Positions 18,261 through 28,467 of a DNA stretch of 64,000 bases are shown one piece after another. The stretch covers positions 18,508 through 82,507 of the forward strand of contig JAOUFI010000005.1 in NCBI GenBank assembly GCA_029858305.1. Reading direction: 5' to 3'. This DNA comes from Candidatus Thorarchaeota archaeon (GTDB taxonomy: Archaea; Asgardarchaeota; Thorarchaeia; Thorarchaeales; Thorarchaeaceae). Each line of letters begins with the position of its first letter. Position 1 is the stretch's first letter. The notes below the pieces were generated by a model, which made no database searches, was not told the DNA's origin, and saw only the letters and a list, made by a program, of their open reading frames with translations. Made by a program: the position numbers and the translations under genes.

Positions 18261-19262
18261 TTATTGTGTGGTGTGTGCATTAATCTCACTTAGGACCTTC
18301 ACAAGATTACTGAATCTATACTCGGTATTCTTCCGCTTCTCTGAATGTTTCTTGAGCCTCTCTTGAAGTTCGTTACTCATGATATTTCGCTCTATGAGAT
18401 CATTTGTTTTCTCACGGATCATATCACTAAGTTGTATTACTTTCTCAGATATATTGACCATAAACTTCAATGCGCCTAATGCATCCATCTCACTTGACGT
18501 GGTTTTCAAATCGAGGACCTGAGAAAGGAATATGGACTCCAACCGATAGATTGAGCTGTAATGCTCAACAAGCTCAAGTAATGTCTTGTCTGCATTTGTT
18601 TGTTTCAACTTGGATGTCAAAGCAGCCCACTGTGATCGAGAGCCATTGATTCTTTTAACGTATTTCTTCACATGCTCCTCGATTGCTTCATCGGACGTGC
18701 TTTCCACTACATAATTACTCAATTCCGCAGCCATTCTCATAGAAACTTCTCTAACGTATGATATTATGATTTTCTCTCTCTCTGAATCTGTGAGAAAACC
18801 GGATGAAGCTTCTCCGAGAGTCTTCAGGTACTTGTAGAGACAGTCTGAACAGACAACTCCATCTCTACTCTTCTCTGTGGATGTAATGAACTGAAGCGCA
18901 GCATCAATTTCTGATGTTCTAACATCTTTCTCATTGATGTTGATTCTTTGTCCTCGACTAACACAATAACAGAATCCCTCTTTTCTATCGAGGTATATCA
19001 AAAGATAGCACATGCTCTCATTGTCGCTCTTGTATTCGTTAAGGTCGCTTACAGATTTAATTTGCTCAAAGAAAGAAGGATCAACGGAAATTGCATTGAT
19101 AGGTAAAACATCATCGTTGTTTAAACAAATTTTTTCCTTTTCCAATCCAGTAAACTCTTTGTAACAGGGACACCCTTTCACTAATCTTCTTTCGCCCTTT
19201 TTGCCTCTCACTTGGGCTGTATCCAAATTTAATTCTGAGGCTTCTGGTCCTATCAATTGCAC
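18261..19262 (-). CDS. Cys-rich hypothetical protein (paralog of 17218..18192)
   Basis: VKGCPCYK..KICLNND..CY..YC..CSDCLYK then helical region. Confidence 0.8.
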   Translation of the reverse strand: MQLIGPEASELNLDTAQVRGKKGERRLVKGCPCYKEFTGLEKEKICLNNDDVLPINAISVDPSFFEQIKSVSDLNEYKSDNESMCYLLIYLDRKEGFCYCVSRGQRININEKDVRTSEIDAALQFITSTEKSRDGVVCSDCLYKYLKTLGEASSGFLTDSEREKIIISYVREVSMRMAAELSNYVVESTSDEAIEEHVKKYVKRINGSRSQWAALTSKLKQTNADKTLLELVEHYSSIYRLESIFLSQVLDLKTTSSEMDALGALKFMVNISEKVIQLSDMIREKTNDLIERNIMSNELQERLKKHSEKRKNTEYRFSNLVKVLSEINAHTTQ

Positions 19263-19443
19263 GCTCCTAGGGAAGGGCGGAGTTCTCGCACGCTTAATAT
19301 GTCATATTAGGTTTGGATATCAAGGTTTCTTTGATACCTACTATCCATTCTCATAGGCCACTGCTTGACCAGATTCTCCTCATGCTTTTCAATCAATCTC
19401 GCATGTCGAACGACTTGCTCAGAATGAGAAAATTGGATTCTTT

Positions 19444-19584
19444 TTAGCCCCAGAGTTCTCTCTTCAATAGATCGCGAATTGCTATTCTAATTGCCTCTGA
19501 CCTATTAGGATAGAGATTATTCTCAACTAGACGTTCTAGTCCTTCAACATATTGCTCCGGGATATGCAATGTTACCAGCTTCAT
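19444..19584 (-). CDS. ribbon-helix-helix regulator, CdrS-like (46 aa, not in ORF track)
   Basis: MKLVTLHIPEQYVEGLERLVENNLYPNRSEAIRIAIRDLLKRELWG; AGGTGA RBS upstream. Confidence 0.88.
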   Translation of the reverse strand: MKLVTLHIPEQYVEGLERLVENNLYPNRSEAIRIAIRDLLKRELWG

Positions 19585-19799
19585 ATTGGGTAATCACCTA
19601 GAACATCTCTGTGTCATACTTGAATATGGTTGTGAGTAATACTCAGTCGGTATTGAAAAGTAAAATCCTGAGTTCTATTTTCTCTCGAACTAACAACTTG
19701 CTCTAATACCTGTCCCTTTTCGAATTGGCCACCAAGATAGGAGTTATATTCCTGAGCCATTGTCTACCGATTCGCACTCGCATAAAGGTCGTGTACAAA

Positions 19800-21917
19800 G
19801 TGGATAAGCAAAAAGGCATTGATAGTCTGTTTAATCCCCGTTCAATAGCAGTAATTGGTGCTTCAGAAACTCGTGGTAAACTTGGTAACGATGTCATGCG
19901 AAACCTTATCGAGAGCGGTTACGAAGGACGAATTTATCCAATCAATCCTAAGGCTGGGGAGATTCTTAGCCACAAAGTATTCAGATCAGTGAGAGATATT
20001 CCAGGTGATGTCGATGTTGCTGTGATTGTCATTCCTGCAAAATTCGTTCTCAAAGCTGTCGAAGAATGCGGAGTCAAAGGTGTGAAAGCTCTAGTCATTA
20101 TAACAGCCGGCTTCAAGGAAATCGGACATGAAGGTCAAGAAGCAGAAAAAATGCTCGCTTCTCTTGCAGAGGATTATGAGATGGTTATTCAAGGTCCAAA
20201 TTGCCTTGGAATTATCAACACCTCAGCTCCCTATAATGCATCATTTTCCTCTGGAACACCAAAAAAAGGTAGCATCGCATTTGCCTCGCAATCAGGCGCA
20301 TTAATGACAGGGATTTTAGATTGGAGTCTTATGGAGAAAATTGGCTTCTCAAAATTTGTTAGTCTTGGGAATAAAGCGCACCTGAATGAATCTGATTTCA
20401 TTGAAGCTTTCGGAAGAGACTCCGATTCAACCTTCATTCTTCTTTATATCGAATCAGTAGTTGATGGTCGAAAGTTCATGGATGCATGCCGAAAGGTCAT
20501 ACCCCACAAACCGATTTTCGTTGTCAAATCCGGTGTGAGCGCTGCAGGTGCAAGAGCTGCATCATCTCATACTGGTTCTTTGGCTGGAAGTGACACTGCC
20601 TATGATGTCGCCTTCAAACAATGTGGAGTTCGTCGCGCAAGTGATATGGCTGCTCTGTTTGATGTAGCTTCTGTCTTTGATGATATGCACCTGCCGTCAG
20701 GTAACCGAGTTGCAATAATCACAAATGCTGGTGGACCTGGTATACTTACAACAGACGCATGCGAAGCCAGCGGATTGCAAATTGCGCAATTGACATCACA
20801 GACCGTGGAATTCCTGAAGGAAAACCTACCTCCAGCAGCAGCAGTGTACAACCCCATCGATGCTCTTGGAACTGCTCAGCCTGAGGACTATGCTCTCTGT
20901 ATCGAAGCGGCTCTAAGTGATGAGAATGTTGATTCAGTGCTCGTTTTACTGACTCCGCAGGCTATGACCAAACAAGCCGAAACTGCTCAGGTAGTCGTTG
21001 ATGCTCACACAAAGTATCCCGGAAAGCCCCTAATTGCTGTCTTCATGGGAGGCAATTCAATGGTCTATCCACGTATAATATTGACAGAGGGCCACATACC
21101 AGTATTTGACTTCCCAGAGAGAGCTGTGCATGCACTTGCAGAACTATACAAGTATACTGTAAGTCGAGATAGTCTGAAGGACGAATCAATTCCAAAATTT
21201 AAGGCTGACACAAAGAAGGTAGAGAAAATAATTAGTGATGTTCGAGCAGACAAGCGAAGAGTTCTCCTTGGTAGCGAAGCACATGCAATTGCGGAAGCAT
21301 ACGGTATTCCCGTCGCAAGAATTCGTTTGGCGACAAGCTCAGAAGAAGCAAAGTCTCTTGCTGAAGAATTAGGTTATCCTGTGGTTCTCAAGATTGCTAG
21401 TCCAGATATTGTACACAAGAGCGATATTGGCGGGATAAAGGTAGGTCTAAAGACTCCTGAAGAGGTTGAAGTAGCATTTCTACAAATATTGGATAATGCG
21501 AGATCACAGCTGCCAAAAGCTATCATTTACGGTGTTGATGTTCAAGAGATGGCTGAAAAGGGGAAGGAGTTGATAATTGGTTGTTCACGAGATGTTCAAT
21601 TCGGACCTCTAATAATGTTTGGTGCTGGAGGTATTTTTGTTAACTACCTAAAGGATATAGCATTTCGACTTGCACCCATGAATAGGTCTGATGCGAACGA
21701 GTTGATTATGGATACTAAGATAGGAACGCTTCTAAGAGGTGTTCGAGGAGAATCTCCGAGTGATGTTGTAGCCATTGAAGATGCAGTTCTTAGAATCAGT
21801 CAACTCGTGACAGATTTTCCAGATATAGTTGAACTAGATATTAATCCTGCATTTGCTTACGAGAAAGGAAAAGGTGTATCAGCAGTAGATGTAAAGATTA
21901 CAATAGGAGGTCCATAA
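19800..21917 (+). CDS. ADP-forming acetate/acyl-CoA ligase, fused alpha-beta
   Basis: LFNPRSIAVIGAS, GPNCLG, SQSGA, SHTGSLAG, TNAGG, C-terminal ATP-grasp VHKSDIGG...ELDINP. Confidence 0.93.
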   Translation: MDKQKGIDSLFNPRSIAVIGASETRGKLGNDVMRNLIESGYEGRIYPINPKAGEILSHKVFRSVRDIPGDVDVAVIVIPAKFVLKAVEECGVKGVKALVIITAGFKEIGHEGQEAEKMLASLAEDYEMVIQGPNCLGIINTSAPYNASFSSGTPKKGSIAFASQSGALMTGILDWSLMEKIGFSKFVSLGNKAHLNESDFIEAFGRDSDSTFILLYIESVVDGRKFMDACRKVIPHKPIFVVKSGVSAAGARAASSHTGSLAGSDTAYDVAFKQCGVRRASDMAALFDVASVFDDMHLPSGNRVAIITNAGGPGILTTDACEASGLQIAQLTSQTVEFLKENLPPAAAVYNPIDALGTAQPEDYALCIEAALSDENVDSVLVLLTPQAMTKQAETAQVVVDAHTKYPGKPLIAVFMGGNSMVYPRIILTEGHIPVFDFPERAVHALAELYKYTVSRDSLKDESIPKFKADTKKVEKIISDVRADKRRVLLGSEAHAIAEAYGIPVARIRLATSSEEAKSLAEELGYPVVLKIASPDIVHKSDIGGIKVGLKTPEEVEVAFLQILDNARSQLPKAIIYGVDVQEMAEKGKELIIGCSRDVQFGPLIMFGAGGIFVNYLKDIAFRLAPMNRSDANELIMDTKIGTLLRGVRGESPSDVVAIEDAVLRISQLVTDFPDIVELDINPAFAYEKGKGVSAVDVKITIGGP

Positions 21918-21919
21918 GC

Positions 21920-22984
21920 TTGGCAAAGAATATCGTTATCACAGGAGATACTGTGACAGGAAAGACAATGGTAGCAATCGCTCTGGCAAATAAGCTTCGA
22001 GCGAGAGGATCAACTGTAGGTTACTTCAAACCTTCGGGAATTAAGAGTTTCGCCCATAGCACACAAGAGATGGATGTGGATGAAGATGCTGCAGTCATGA
22101 AAGACATTCTTGGAATGGAGGAACAATTGAACTGTATCTGTCCGATAGTTCGTCACATGTCAAGCTACGATGAACTCCTTAGAATTAGTAAAGATGAGTT
22201 AAAGGAAAGAATCCAATCCTGTCATGCAAATATATCAAAGAATCGAGATTATGTTATAATAGAGGGCGAGCAGTCTCCATGGAGGCTCATGCATGTTGGT
22301 TTATCAACACTTGATATTACGAAGGAGCTAGGAGCAACGGTCATTTGTCTTGTTAATTTCCCAGATTTTTCTGCTATTGACGACATTCTCCTTCAAAAAG
22401 AACTATTCAAAAATTACGGCACCGAAAGAATTGGTGTCATCTTGAATTTAGTTCCGCCAATGTTGAAGAAAGTTGTGAATGAGAGCATTCGCCCTTTCCT
22501 GGAAGAGCGCGGCATAATATTTTGCGGGGTTCTTTATAATAATCGTGAGTTATTCAGCCCTACTATAGGTGATATTATGAGAGCACTAGATGGAGAAATG
22601 GTCATTGGCTCTGAGAAATTGGATCTCCTGATTGACCAATTCATTGTTGGTAGTATGGCTCCCGAGAACGCTTTGAAGTGGTTCCGTCGCTCAAAAGACA
22701 AAGCAGTCATTACGAGCGGTGATAGAACAGATATTTGTCTTGCCGCATTAGAAACCGATACCAACTTAATTATTTTAACTGGTGGAGTAGGACCAGAAAT
22801 TGGAACATTAACTAGGGCGCGTGAGCTTGGAGTGCCCATTATGATGACAGCTCTGGATACCTATGGTACAAGTCAAGTCGTTGATGATTTGATTGGTACT
22901 ATCACAGTCGATAATAAGGAAAAAATCGCAGCTGTTGAGAGAATAGTTGGCGAAGCCTTGCAACTCGATGAACTTGGTCTCTGA
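21920..22984 (+). CDS. phosphotransacetylase N-terminal-like protein (P-loop plus DRTGG)
   Basis: GKT, GYFKP, ITSGDRTDI, ILTGG; no Pta catalytic domain. Confidence 0.88.
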   Translation: MAKNIVITGDTVTGKTMVAIALANKLRARGSTVGYFKPSGIKSFAHSTQEMDVDEDAAVMKDILGMEEQLNCICPIVRHMSSYDELLRISKDELKERIQSCHANISKNRDYVIIEGEQSPWRLMHVGLSTLDITKELGATVICLVNFPDFSAIDDILLQKELFKNYGTERIGVILNLVPPMLKKVVNESIRPFLEERGIIFCGVLYNNRELFSPTIGDIMRALDGEMVIGSEKLDLLIDQFIVGSMAPENALKWFRRSKDKAVITSGDRTDICLAALETDTNLIILTGGVGPEIGTLTRARELGVPIMMTALDTYGTSQVVDDLIGTITVDNKEKIAAVERIVGEALQLDELGL

Positions 22985-23010
22985 ATTATGCTCATCGGAG
23001 ATGTGGGGAA

Positions 23011-23081
23011 GGGAGCAATAGGTGCTCCCGACTTAGAACAAAGTGAACGTACAATCGCCGGGAGGAGCCTTTGTACGTTCA
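23011..23081. other. two intergenic stem-loops
   Basis: GGGAGCA/TGCTCCC (23011-23029) and perfect 11-bp TGAACGTACAA/TTGTACGTTCA (23044-23081). Confidence 0.55.
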
Positions 23082-23315
23082 AGAATATAGCTTCTCTGTG
23101 CTCCATAAGTTCTCTTGTATAGTTGAGCTAATACAGGGTTATTATATAGGCTGTGTCCTACACATCATACAGACCTTCTCCGTGTATCGCACCCATACTC
23201 AAGGAAAAAAAAGTTACAGTTTCAAACCCCTTTGCCCTTTTCTTAGTTTCTCGCAATACATTTATGCAGGCAAAAGGTTACCGAGGGTTCGTATTACAAG
23301 ATTTGAGGTGAACAA

Positions 23316-24080
23316 ATGGCTTCAGATGCTGAAAAATCGGAGGCTGCCGGTGAAGCTTTAGACACAGTAAAGAGTGAAAGAGAACTCGAGTCTCTAAAGT
23401 GGATTCGTGAGCGGCGCTCCATCAGAGAGTTCACTGGTGAACGAATACCAGATGAACATATCGAGTTAATCCTCGAAGCGGCACGGCACGCACCAAGTCC
23501 TGAGAACATGCTTATGATTCGTTTCATTGTAATTCGAGATGATCATGACATGAAGGTATTTCTAGCGGATATTGCGCAGGAGATGGCTCAGACGGCTTTT
23601 GGTGGAGCCCCCTTTGAGCTAACAAGTGGTCGGAACTGGTTCATTAACGATCCGTACAGAGCTGCAGTTTATGCACGACTTAGGGATGGTGAATTATTCA
23701 GGTATCCTGAGAAGAGTGATGCAGTGATTATTGTCTGTGCAAGTGAATCATGGCATGATGCAGGGTATCTTTATCCAAATGAGCTCTTTGGATCTGTTGT
23801 ATCAGGTATGGCTATTCAGAACATGTGGCTAACAGCAACAGAACTTGGGTATGGTTGCGGATATGAGGCACTAGTCTGCTCAGATCCTCGCCATGCTGAA
23901 CTGATTCGTGATAAACTTGGAATTCCACCAATCTGGACGCCTCTCACTGCCTTTTGTATTGGAAAACGAATTTCACCAAGAGCCCTTGGTCCGAGTAGAC
24001 CTCCTCTTGAGGGTCTAATGTACCAAGAGCGTTGGGGATTCCCATACAAACGTCTAGCATTCAGGAAGGAGGATGAATAA
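23316..24080 (+). CDS. nitroreductase family protein
   Basis: IRERRSIREF, ARHAPS, AIQNMWLTATELGYG. Confidence 0.9.
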   Translation: MASDAEKSEAAGEALDTVKSERELESLKWIRERRSIREFTGERIPDEHIELILEAARHAPSPENMLMIRFIVIRDDHDMKVFLADIAQEMAQTAFGGAPFELTSGRNWFINDPYRAAVYARLRDGELFRYPEKSDAVIIVCASESWHDAGYLYPNELFGSVVSGMAIQNMWLTATELGYGCGYEALVCSDPRHAELIRDKLGIPPIWTPLTAFCIGKRISPRALGPSRPPLEGLMYQERWGFPYKRLAFRKEDE

Positions 24081-24609
24081 AGTGGACGTTGAATTCAAAG
24101 GAAAAACCCTCGAAAACATGAAGAAGCTTGCTGATGAAGCTGGCCTTACTCCTGAGGGTCTCATCGAGGTTGTTATGCAGCAATTCGTAGACAATAAAGG
24201 TGCTAGGGTTTATACAGGCCGATGGTCACAGGGCGAGGTCGATGGAGTCAAAGGCTTCAGATACGTTCCTCAATGGCCATTCAGACCTGGCTTCAAAGAG
24301 GCTGACGGGACTGAAGTTAAGAGATGGAAATCTGACTCGAAAGCTTTCCGTAAACATCCAACAGGAGCATGGCCTTTCTATCCCCATCTGAAAGAAGGTG
24401 ACATCGAACATGAGTATTGGAACTCGAAGAAGATGTACCATCGAGCACTTATGAATGATAGAAAAGGTCGCATTGTAACCCTCATAGATGGCGACAAATA
24501 TGAGTTATTTCTTGATACCATCAAGAAGCGAAAGGGTAACTTCTGGAACACTACCATCGAAAACGTCATCATGGAAGCCATCGATGACTGGATGGCTAAG
24601 GAGGAATGA
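24073..24609 (+). CDS. hypothetical protein, possibly two RHH-like domains
   Basis: strand-helix-helix patterns at both ends; internal WPFxPxxKE duplication. Confidence 0.6.
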   Translation: MNKVDVEFKGKTLENMKKLADEAGLTPEGLIEVVMQQFVDNKGARVYTGRWSQGEVDGVKGFRYVPQWPFRPGFKEADGTEVKRWKSDSKAFRKHPTGAWPFYPHLKEGDIEHEYWNSKKMYHRALMNDRKGRIVTLIDGDKYELFLDTIKKRKGNFWNTTIENVIMEAIDDWMAKEE

Positions 24610-24983
24610 AGATGACATCACAACTACAACAATTCTTTGAGTTCCTCATCAGCAAGGTAAAAGAGAAGGAGGAACTTCAGAATAATGTTCTCAAGTGGAT
24701 AGGTCCTTATCATGGAAAGGTGCTTCAAGTTGTCACACCTGACCATGGCGCTCAATACATCGTTGTCTATAAACACGCTCCTTGGATGAAACTCTTCGAT
24801 GGGGTATACCCAAGCCCGGATGTAATCTACAAGGCAAATTCAGAAACCCTACTTGGAATATTTACAGGTGAGGTGAATTTCAAAGACACGATGAAGGACG
24901 GCCGTCTAATTGTAATTGGGAATGCAAATGAGAGCGATCCTCTAGCAAACCTGATTCTACTTGCAATGACTGGTGCTATCTAG
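24606..24983 (+). CDS. SCP2 sterol/lipid-binding domain protein
   Basis: PDV..KA.SETLLGIFTGEV...MKDGRLIVIGN. Confidence 0.8.
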   Translation: MKMTSQLQQFFEFLISKVKEKEELQNNVLKWIGPYHGKVLQVVTPDHGAQYIVVYKHAPWMKLFDGVYPSPDVIYKANSETLLGIFTGEVNFKDTMKDGRLIVIGNANESDPLANLILLAMTGAI

Positions 24984-24994
24984 GAGGAATCGCA

Positions 24995-26119
24995 ATGGAA
25001 GTCAGAAAGATAGCAGTGATTGGTGCAGGACTCATGGGTTCAGGTATTGCTTACATTTCTGCATGGAATGGATTCGATGTCTTCATGATTGACGTCAATG
25101 ACGCGGCAGTCGAGGCAGGGATGGATAGAATTCGAAACGATGTAATGACTGGAATCAATAAAAACAAGATATCAATGTCTGACGCAGAGGCACTGATGGG
25201 GCGACTCAAATACGGTACCAATGTGGAAGGGGGTGTAAAAGATGCGGACCTCATTGTTGAGGCAATCTTTGAGAATATGGAAGTAAAGAAGAAAGTCTTT
25301 GCAACGGTCGATGCAGCTGCTCCCAAACACGCTATTCTTGCAACGAATACATCGTCACTTAGTATTGATGAACTCGCTAGTTCGATCAAGCGACCGTCTC
25401 AATTTATTGGCATGCACTATTTCTCACCCGTTGCTGCAATGAAACTTCTTGAGCTAGTCATAGGTGAAAAGACTAGCAAAGAAACGATAGACACAGCGAT
25501 GGCAGTCGGAAAGAAGCAAGGAAAAACCTGTGTACAGGCAAAGAACAGTCCGGGTTTCATTGTAAATCGAATCCTTATGCCTGTTCTCAGAGAGGCAATT
25601 GTACTCTACGAAAAAGGTGTGGCTACGAAAGAAGAAATTGACACAGCAATGACTATTCATGGTGGTATGCCTGCGGGACCTTTCGCTCTGGGGGACTTTG
25701 TAGGTCTTGACATAGCATATAATGCTATGAGCACCCTCTATCGAGAAATTGGCGATTGTTTTAAGCCTCCTGAAACTCTCAAGAATCTAGTCGATTCTGG
25801 AGCAATTGGTACAAAGGCGAAGAAAGGATTCTATGATTATACGGGAGCTAGCGGAGTTGCTGAAACAGCAAAAGGAGCTGATCTTCAATGGCTCTCTGTG
25901 CGAATTGCTGTTATGGCTATCCGCGAAGCAATGATACTAGTCGATGATGGGATTGCAACCAAAGAGGATATAGATCCTGCAATGGTTCTTGGTGCCAGTT
26001 TTCCAAAAGGTCCATTTGCTATGGCTAATCAGATTGGCATGAACAAGGTCCATGAAGAGTTGAAAAAACTCAATGATGAATTCGGTGATTGCTATAGCAT
26101 TCCCAAAATGCTGCAGTAG
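24995..26119 (+). CDS. 3-hydroxyacyl-CoA dehydrogenase with duplicated C-terminal domain
   Basis: VIGAGLMGSGIA, EAIFE, TNTSSL, GMHYFSP, PGFIVNR; two GPFA repeats. Confidence 0.95.
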   Translation: MEVRKIAVIGAGLMGSGIAYISAWNGFDVFMIDVNDAAVEAGMDRIRNDVMTGINKNKISMSDAEALMGRLKYGTNVEGGVKDADLIVEAIFENMEVKKKVFATVDAAAPKHAILATNTSSLSIDELASSIKRPSQFIGMHYFSPVAAMKLLELVIGEKTSKETIDTAMAVGKKQGKTCVQAKNSPGFIVNRILMPVLREAIVLYEKGVATKEEIDTAMTIHGGMPAGPFALGDFVGLDIAYNAMSTLYREIGDCFKPPETLKNLVDSGAIGTKAKKGFYDYTGASGVAETAKGADLQWLSVRIAVMAIREAMILVDDGIATKEDIDPAMVLGASFPKGPFAMANQIGMNKVHEELKKLNDEFGDCYSIPKMLQ

Positions 26120-26130
26120 TTAGAATGATT

Positions 26131-26166
26131 TGGCAGCACAATCGCTGCCATTTCTATCTTTTTCTT
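26131..26166 (+). terminator. intrinsic terminator-like hairpin
   Basis: TGGCAGC-ACAATC-GCTGCCA plus T-rich tract. Confidence 0.65.
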
Positions 26167-26246
26167 AATACTATATTCACTCTAAGTTGAGAAAGCGCAG
26201 TTTTTAAGAGGGGCGAAGTCTTTCAAACTCTTGGTATTATCCAAAG

Positions 26247-27068
26247 GTGTACAAAATGGGCGAATATGCAACTATGCTGTATAGCAAAGAGGGTACGTTT
26301 CTCACTCCTGTTAAGAATATTGCAGTTATCAAGTTCAATAGGCCAGATGCATTAAACGCAATCAACGATCAATTCATTCTTGATCTGAATAATGCTCTTG
26401 ACGAGGCTGAGAATGATCCAGACATTCGATCTGTGATAATTGGTACAGCTCATCCCAAAGTCTACTGTACTGGTGCGGATCTGAAAATGGCTCAAGGCTT
26501 CCTTAAGGATGTTGATTCAGTGGCTGATGTCATTAAACAGGGACAAGATGTCATTGATAAGATTGCTAAGATGAGCAAGCCAGTCATTGCGGCAATTCAC
26601 GGATTATGTCTGGGTGGCGGAACTGAGATTGCACTTGCTTGTGACATTCGAATTTGTGATACTGATAGCAAGATAGGAACTCCCGAAGTTGGCCTAGGTC
26701 TTATTCCAGCTTGGGGTGGTTGTGTACGAATCGCTAGAGTAGTCGGACTTGGAAAAGCACTAGAGCTGGTTTTGACTGGAGCTCAATTGACAGCAAACGA
26801 AGCACTAGCAGCTGGACTAGTTAGCAAGGTTGTCAGTCCTGATGACTTACAAAGTGAAGCGGTTAAATTTGCAATGAAGTTCGGACAAAATGCACCAATT
26901 GCGCTAAAGCTAGCTAAGAAGGCGACTCATATGGCCTTCGAGTCTAACTACGAAGACAATCTTGCGTATCAGGTTGATGCTGCAGTTGAATGCTTCAAGA
27001 CAGCTGATCTTGGAGAAGGAATTGCGGCAATTCTTGAGAAGCGTCAACCCAAATTCAAAGGTAAATAG
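26247..27068 (+). CDS. enoyl-CoA hydratase/isomerase
   Basis: NRPDALNA, GADL, LGGGTEIALACDIR, PEVGLGLIP. Confidence 0.93.
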   Translation: MYKMGEYATMLYSKEGTFLTPVKNIAVIKFNRPDALNAINDQFILDLNNALDEAENDPDIRSVIIGTAHPKVYCTGADLKMAQGFLKDVDSVADVIKQGQDVIDKIAKMSKPVIAAIHGLCLGGGTEIALACDIRICDTDSKIGTPEVGLGLIPAWGGCVRIARVVGLGKALELVLTGAQLTANEALAAGLVSKVVSPDDLQSEAVKFAMKFGQNAPIALKLAKKATHMAFESNYEDNLAYQVDAAVECFKTADLGEGIAAILEKRQPKFKGK

Positions 27069-27081
27069 ATCTAATCTATGT

Positions 27082-27126
27082 AATGACCCACAGCCACAAG
27101 GGTTGTGGGTTATTTCTTTATTTTTC
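27082..27126 (+). terminator. intrinsic terminator-like hairpin
   Basis: AATGACCCACAGCC/GGTTGTGGGTTATT plus T-tract. Confidence 0.7.
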
Positions 27127-27299
27127 CAGAAGGAATGTGACAGATTACCATTTTTTGAGAGTTTTCAATAATGAATCCATGTAACAATTGAAAGCGTCAA
27201 CCTTAAGACCCCGTGAGAAAAGGTTCCATGACCGATTCTAGAGCATGATTGAGTATCGCGCTAAAATCAAACTCATGCTCTAACAACGGAGGATATGAA

Positions 27300-28466
27300 A
27301 TGGTAAGAAGAGTTGCTGTCGTCGCCGGTGGCCACAGCAAATTTGGTAAAAGGTACGATGCAACCATGCGGGAGCTATGCGCTGAGGCCTACAAACCAAT
27401 CTATGATGAAGGCATTACACAAGATAGGATCGACGCTAGTGTCCTTTCGTATGCTGCATCGCAGTTTACAGGCCAAGGTGCTGGTTCAGCTTTGATGGCG
27501 GACTACATAGGCCTGCAAGAAAAACCCCATTTGAGAGTCGAATCTGCATGTACTACAGGTACAGCTAGTCTGAGAGCAGCTTGGGGGATGGTCGCTGCTG
27601 GTCTGTATGATGTCATGCTTGTAATGGGTGTTGAACAGATGAATCGCGTGTCATCAGCTACTGCGACTGAGTATATGAGTCGAGCTGGAGACATGCGTTG
27701 GGAATATCCATATGGTATCAGTTTTCCAGCATTCTACGCCTTGATGGCATCACGATACATGAGTGAATATAATATGCCTCATGATATTCTGGCAAAAATT
27801 GCGGTGAAATCTCACTTCTATGGTGCTCAGAATCCAAAGGCACATCTCCCAAAGGAAATCCCCTTTGAAGAGGCGAATAATGCGATACCTATCTGTAGAC
27901 CTCTGAATCTATATGACTGTAGTCTAATCACTGACGGTGCTGCGGCTGTTGTCATCGCTGCAGAAGATCGAGTAAAGGAATTCACAGACCGCCCAATGTG
28001 GATCAAGGGAATTGGAGCTGGAGCATCAGAGAATATGATTCAAGATCGTCCTAGTCTTACAACAATACCAGGTGCAAAACGCGCTGCAAAAGCCGCTTAC
28101 AAGATGGCAGGTATTGAGCCAAAGGATATCAATATGGCTCAGGTGCACGATTGCTTCACAATTGCAGAATTGATTGCCTATGAGGACTGTGGTTTTGCAG
28201 AACCCGGAAAGGGTCCTGAAATCGTTGAGAATAAGGAAAACTACATTGATGGCAGAATACCGGTGAACTGTGATGGTGGTCTCAAGAGTAAAGGACACCC
28301 ACTAGGTGCCACAGGCGTTTCCATGACCTATGAGATTATGAAACAGATGCGAGGCGAGGCTGAGAAATCATCACGGCAGATTAAAGATGTAAAATACGGG
28401 CTTGCTCATAATGTAGGACAATCTGGGCAGTTTGTCAACGTGTTCATCTTTGAGAGAGGTTGGTAA
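27300..28466 (+). CDS. archaeal thiolase (SCP-x-like acetyl-CoA acyltransferase)
   Basis: VESACTTG, DCSLITDGAAA, VHDCFTIAE, GHPLGATG, AHNVG. Confidence 0.93.
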   Translation: MVRRVAVVAGGHSKFGKRYDATMRELCAEAYKPIYDEGITQDRIDASVLSYAASQFTGQGAGSALMADYIGLQEKPHLRVESACTTGTASLRAAWGMVAAGLYDVMLVMGVEQMNRVSSATATEYMSRAGDMRWEYPYGISFPAFYALMASRYMSEYNMPHDILAKIAVKSHFYGAQNPKAHLPKEIPFEEANNAIPICRPLNLYDCSLITDGAAAVVIAAEDRVKEFTDRPMWIKGIGAGASENMIQDRPSLTTIPGAKRAAKAAYKMAGIEPKDINMAQVHDCFTIAELIAYEDCGFAEPGKGPEIVENKENYIDGRIPVNCDGGLKSKGHPLGATGVSMTYEIMKQMRGEAEKSSRQIKDVKYGLAHNVGQSGQFVNVFIFERGW

Positions 28467-28467
28467 A

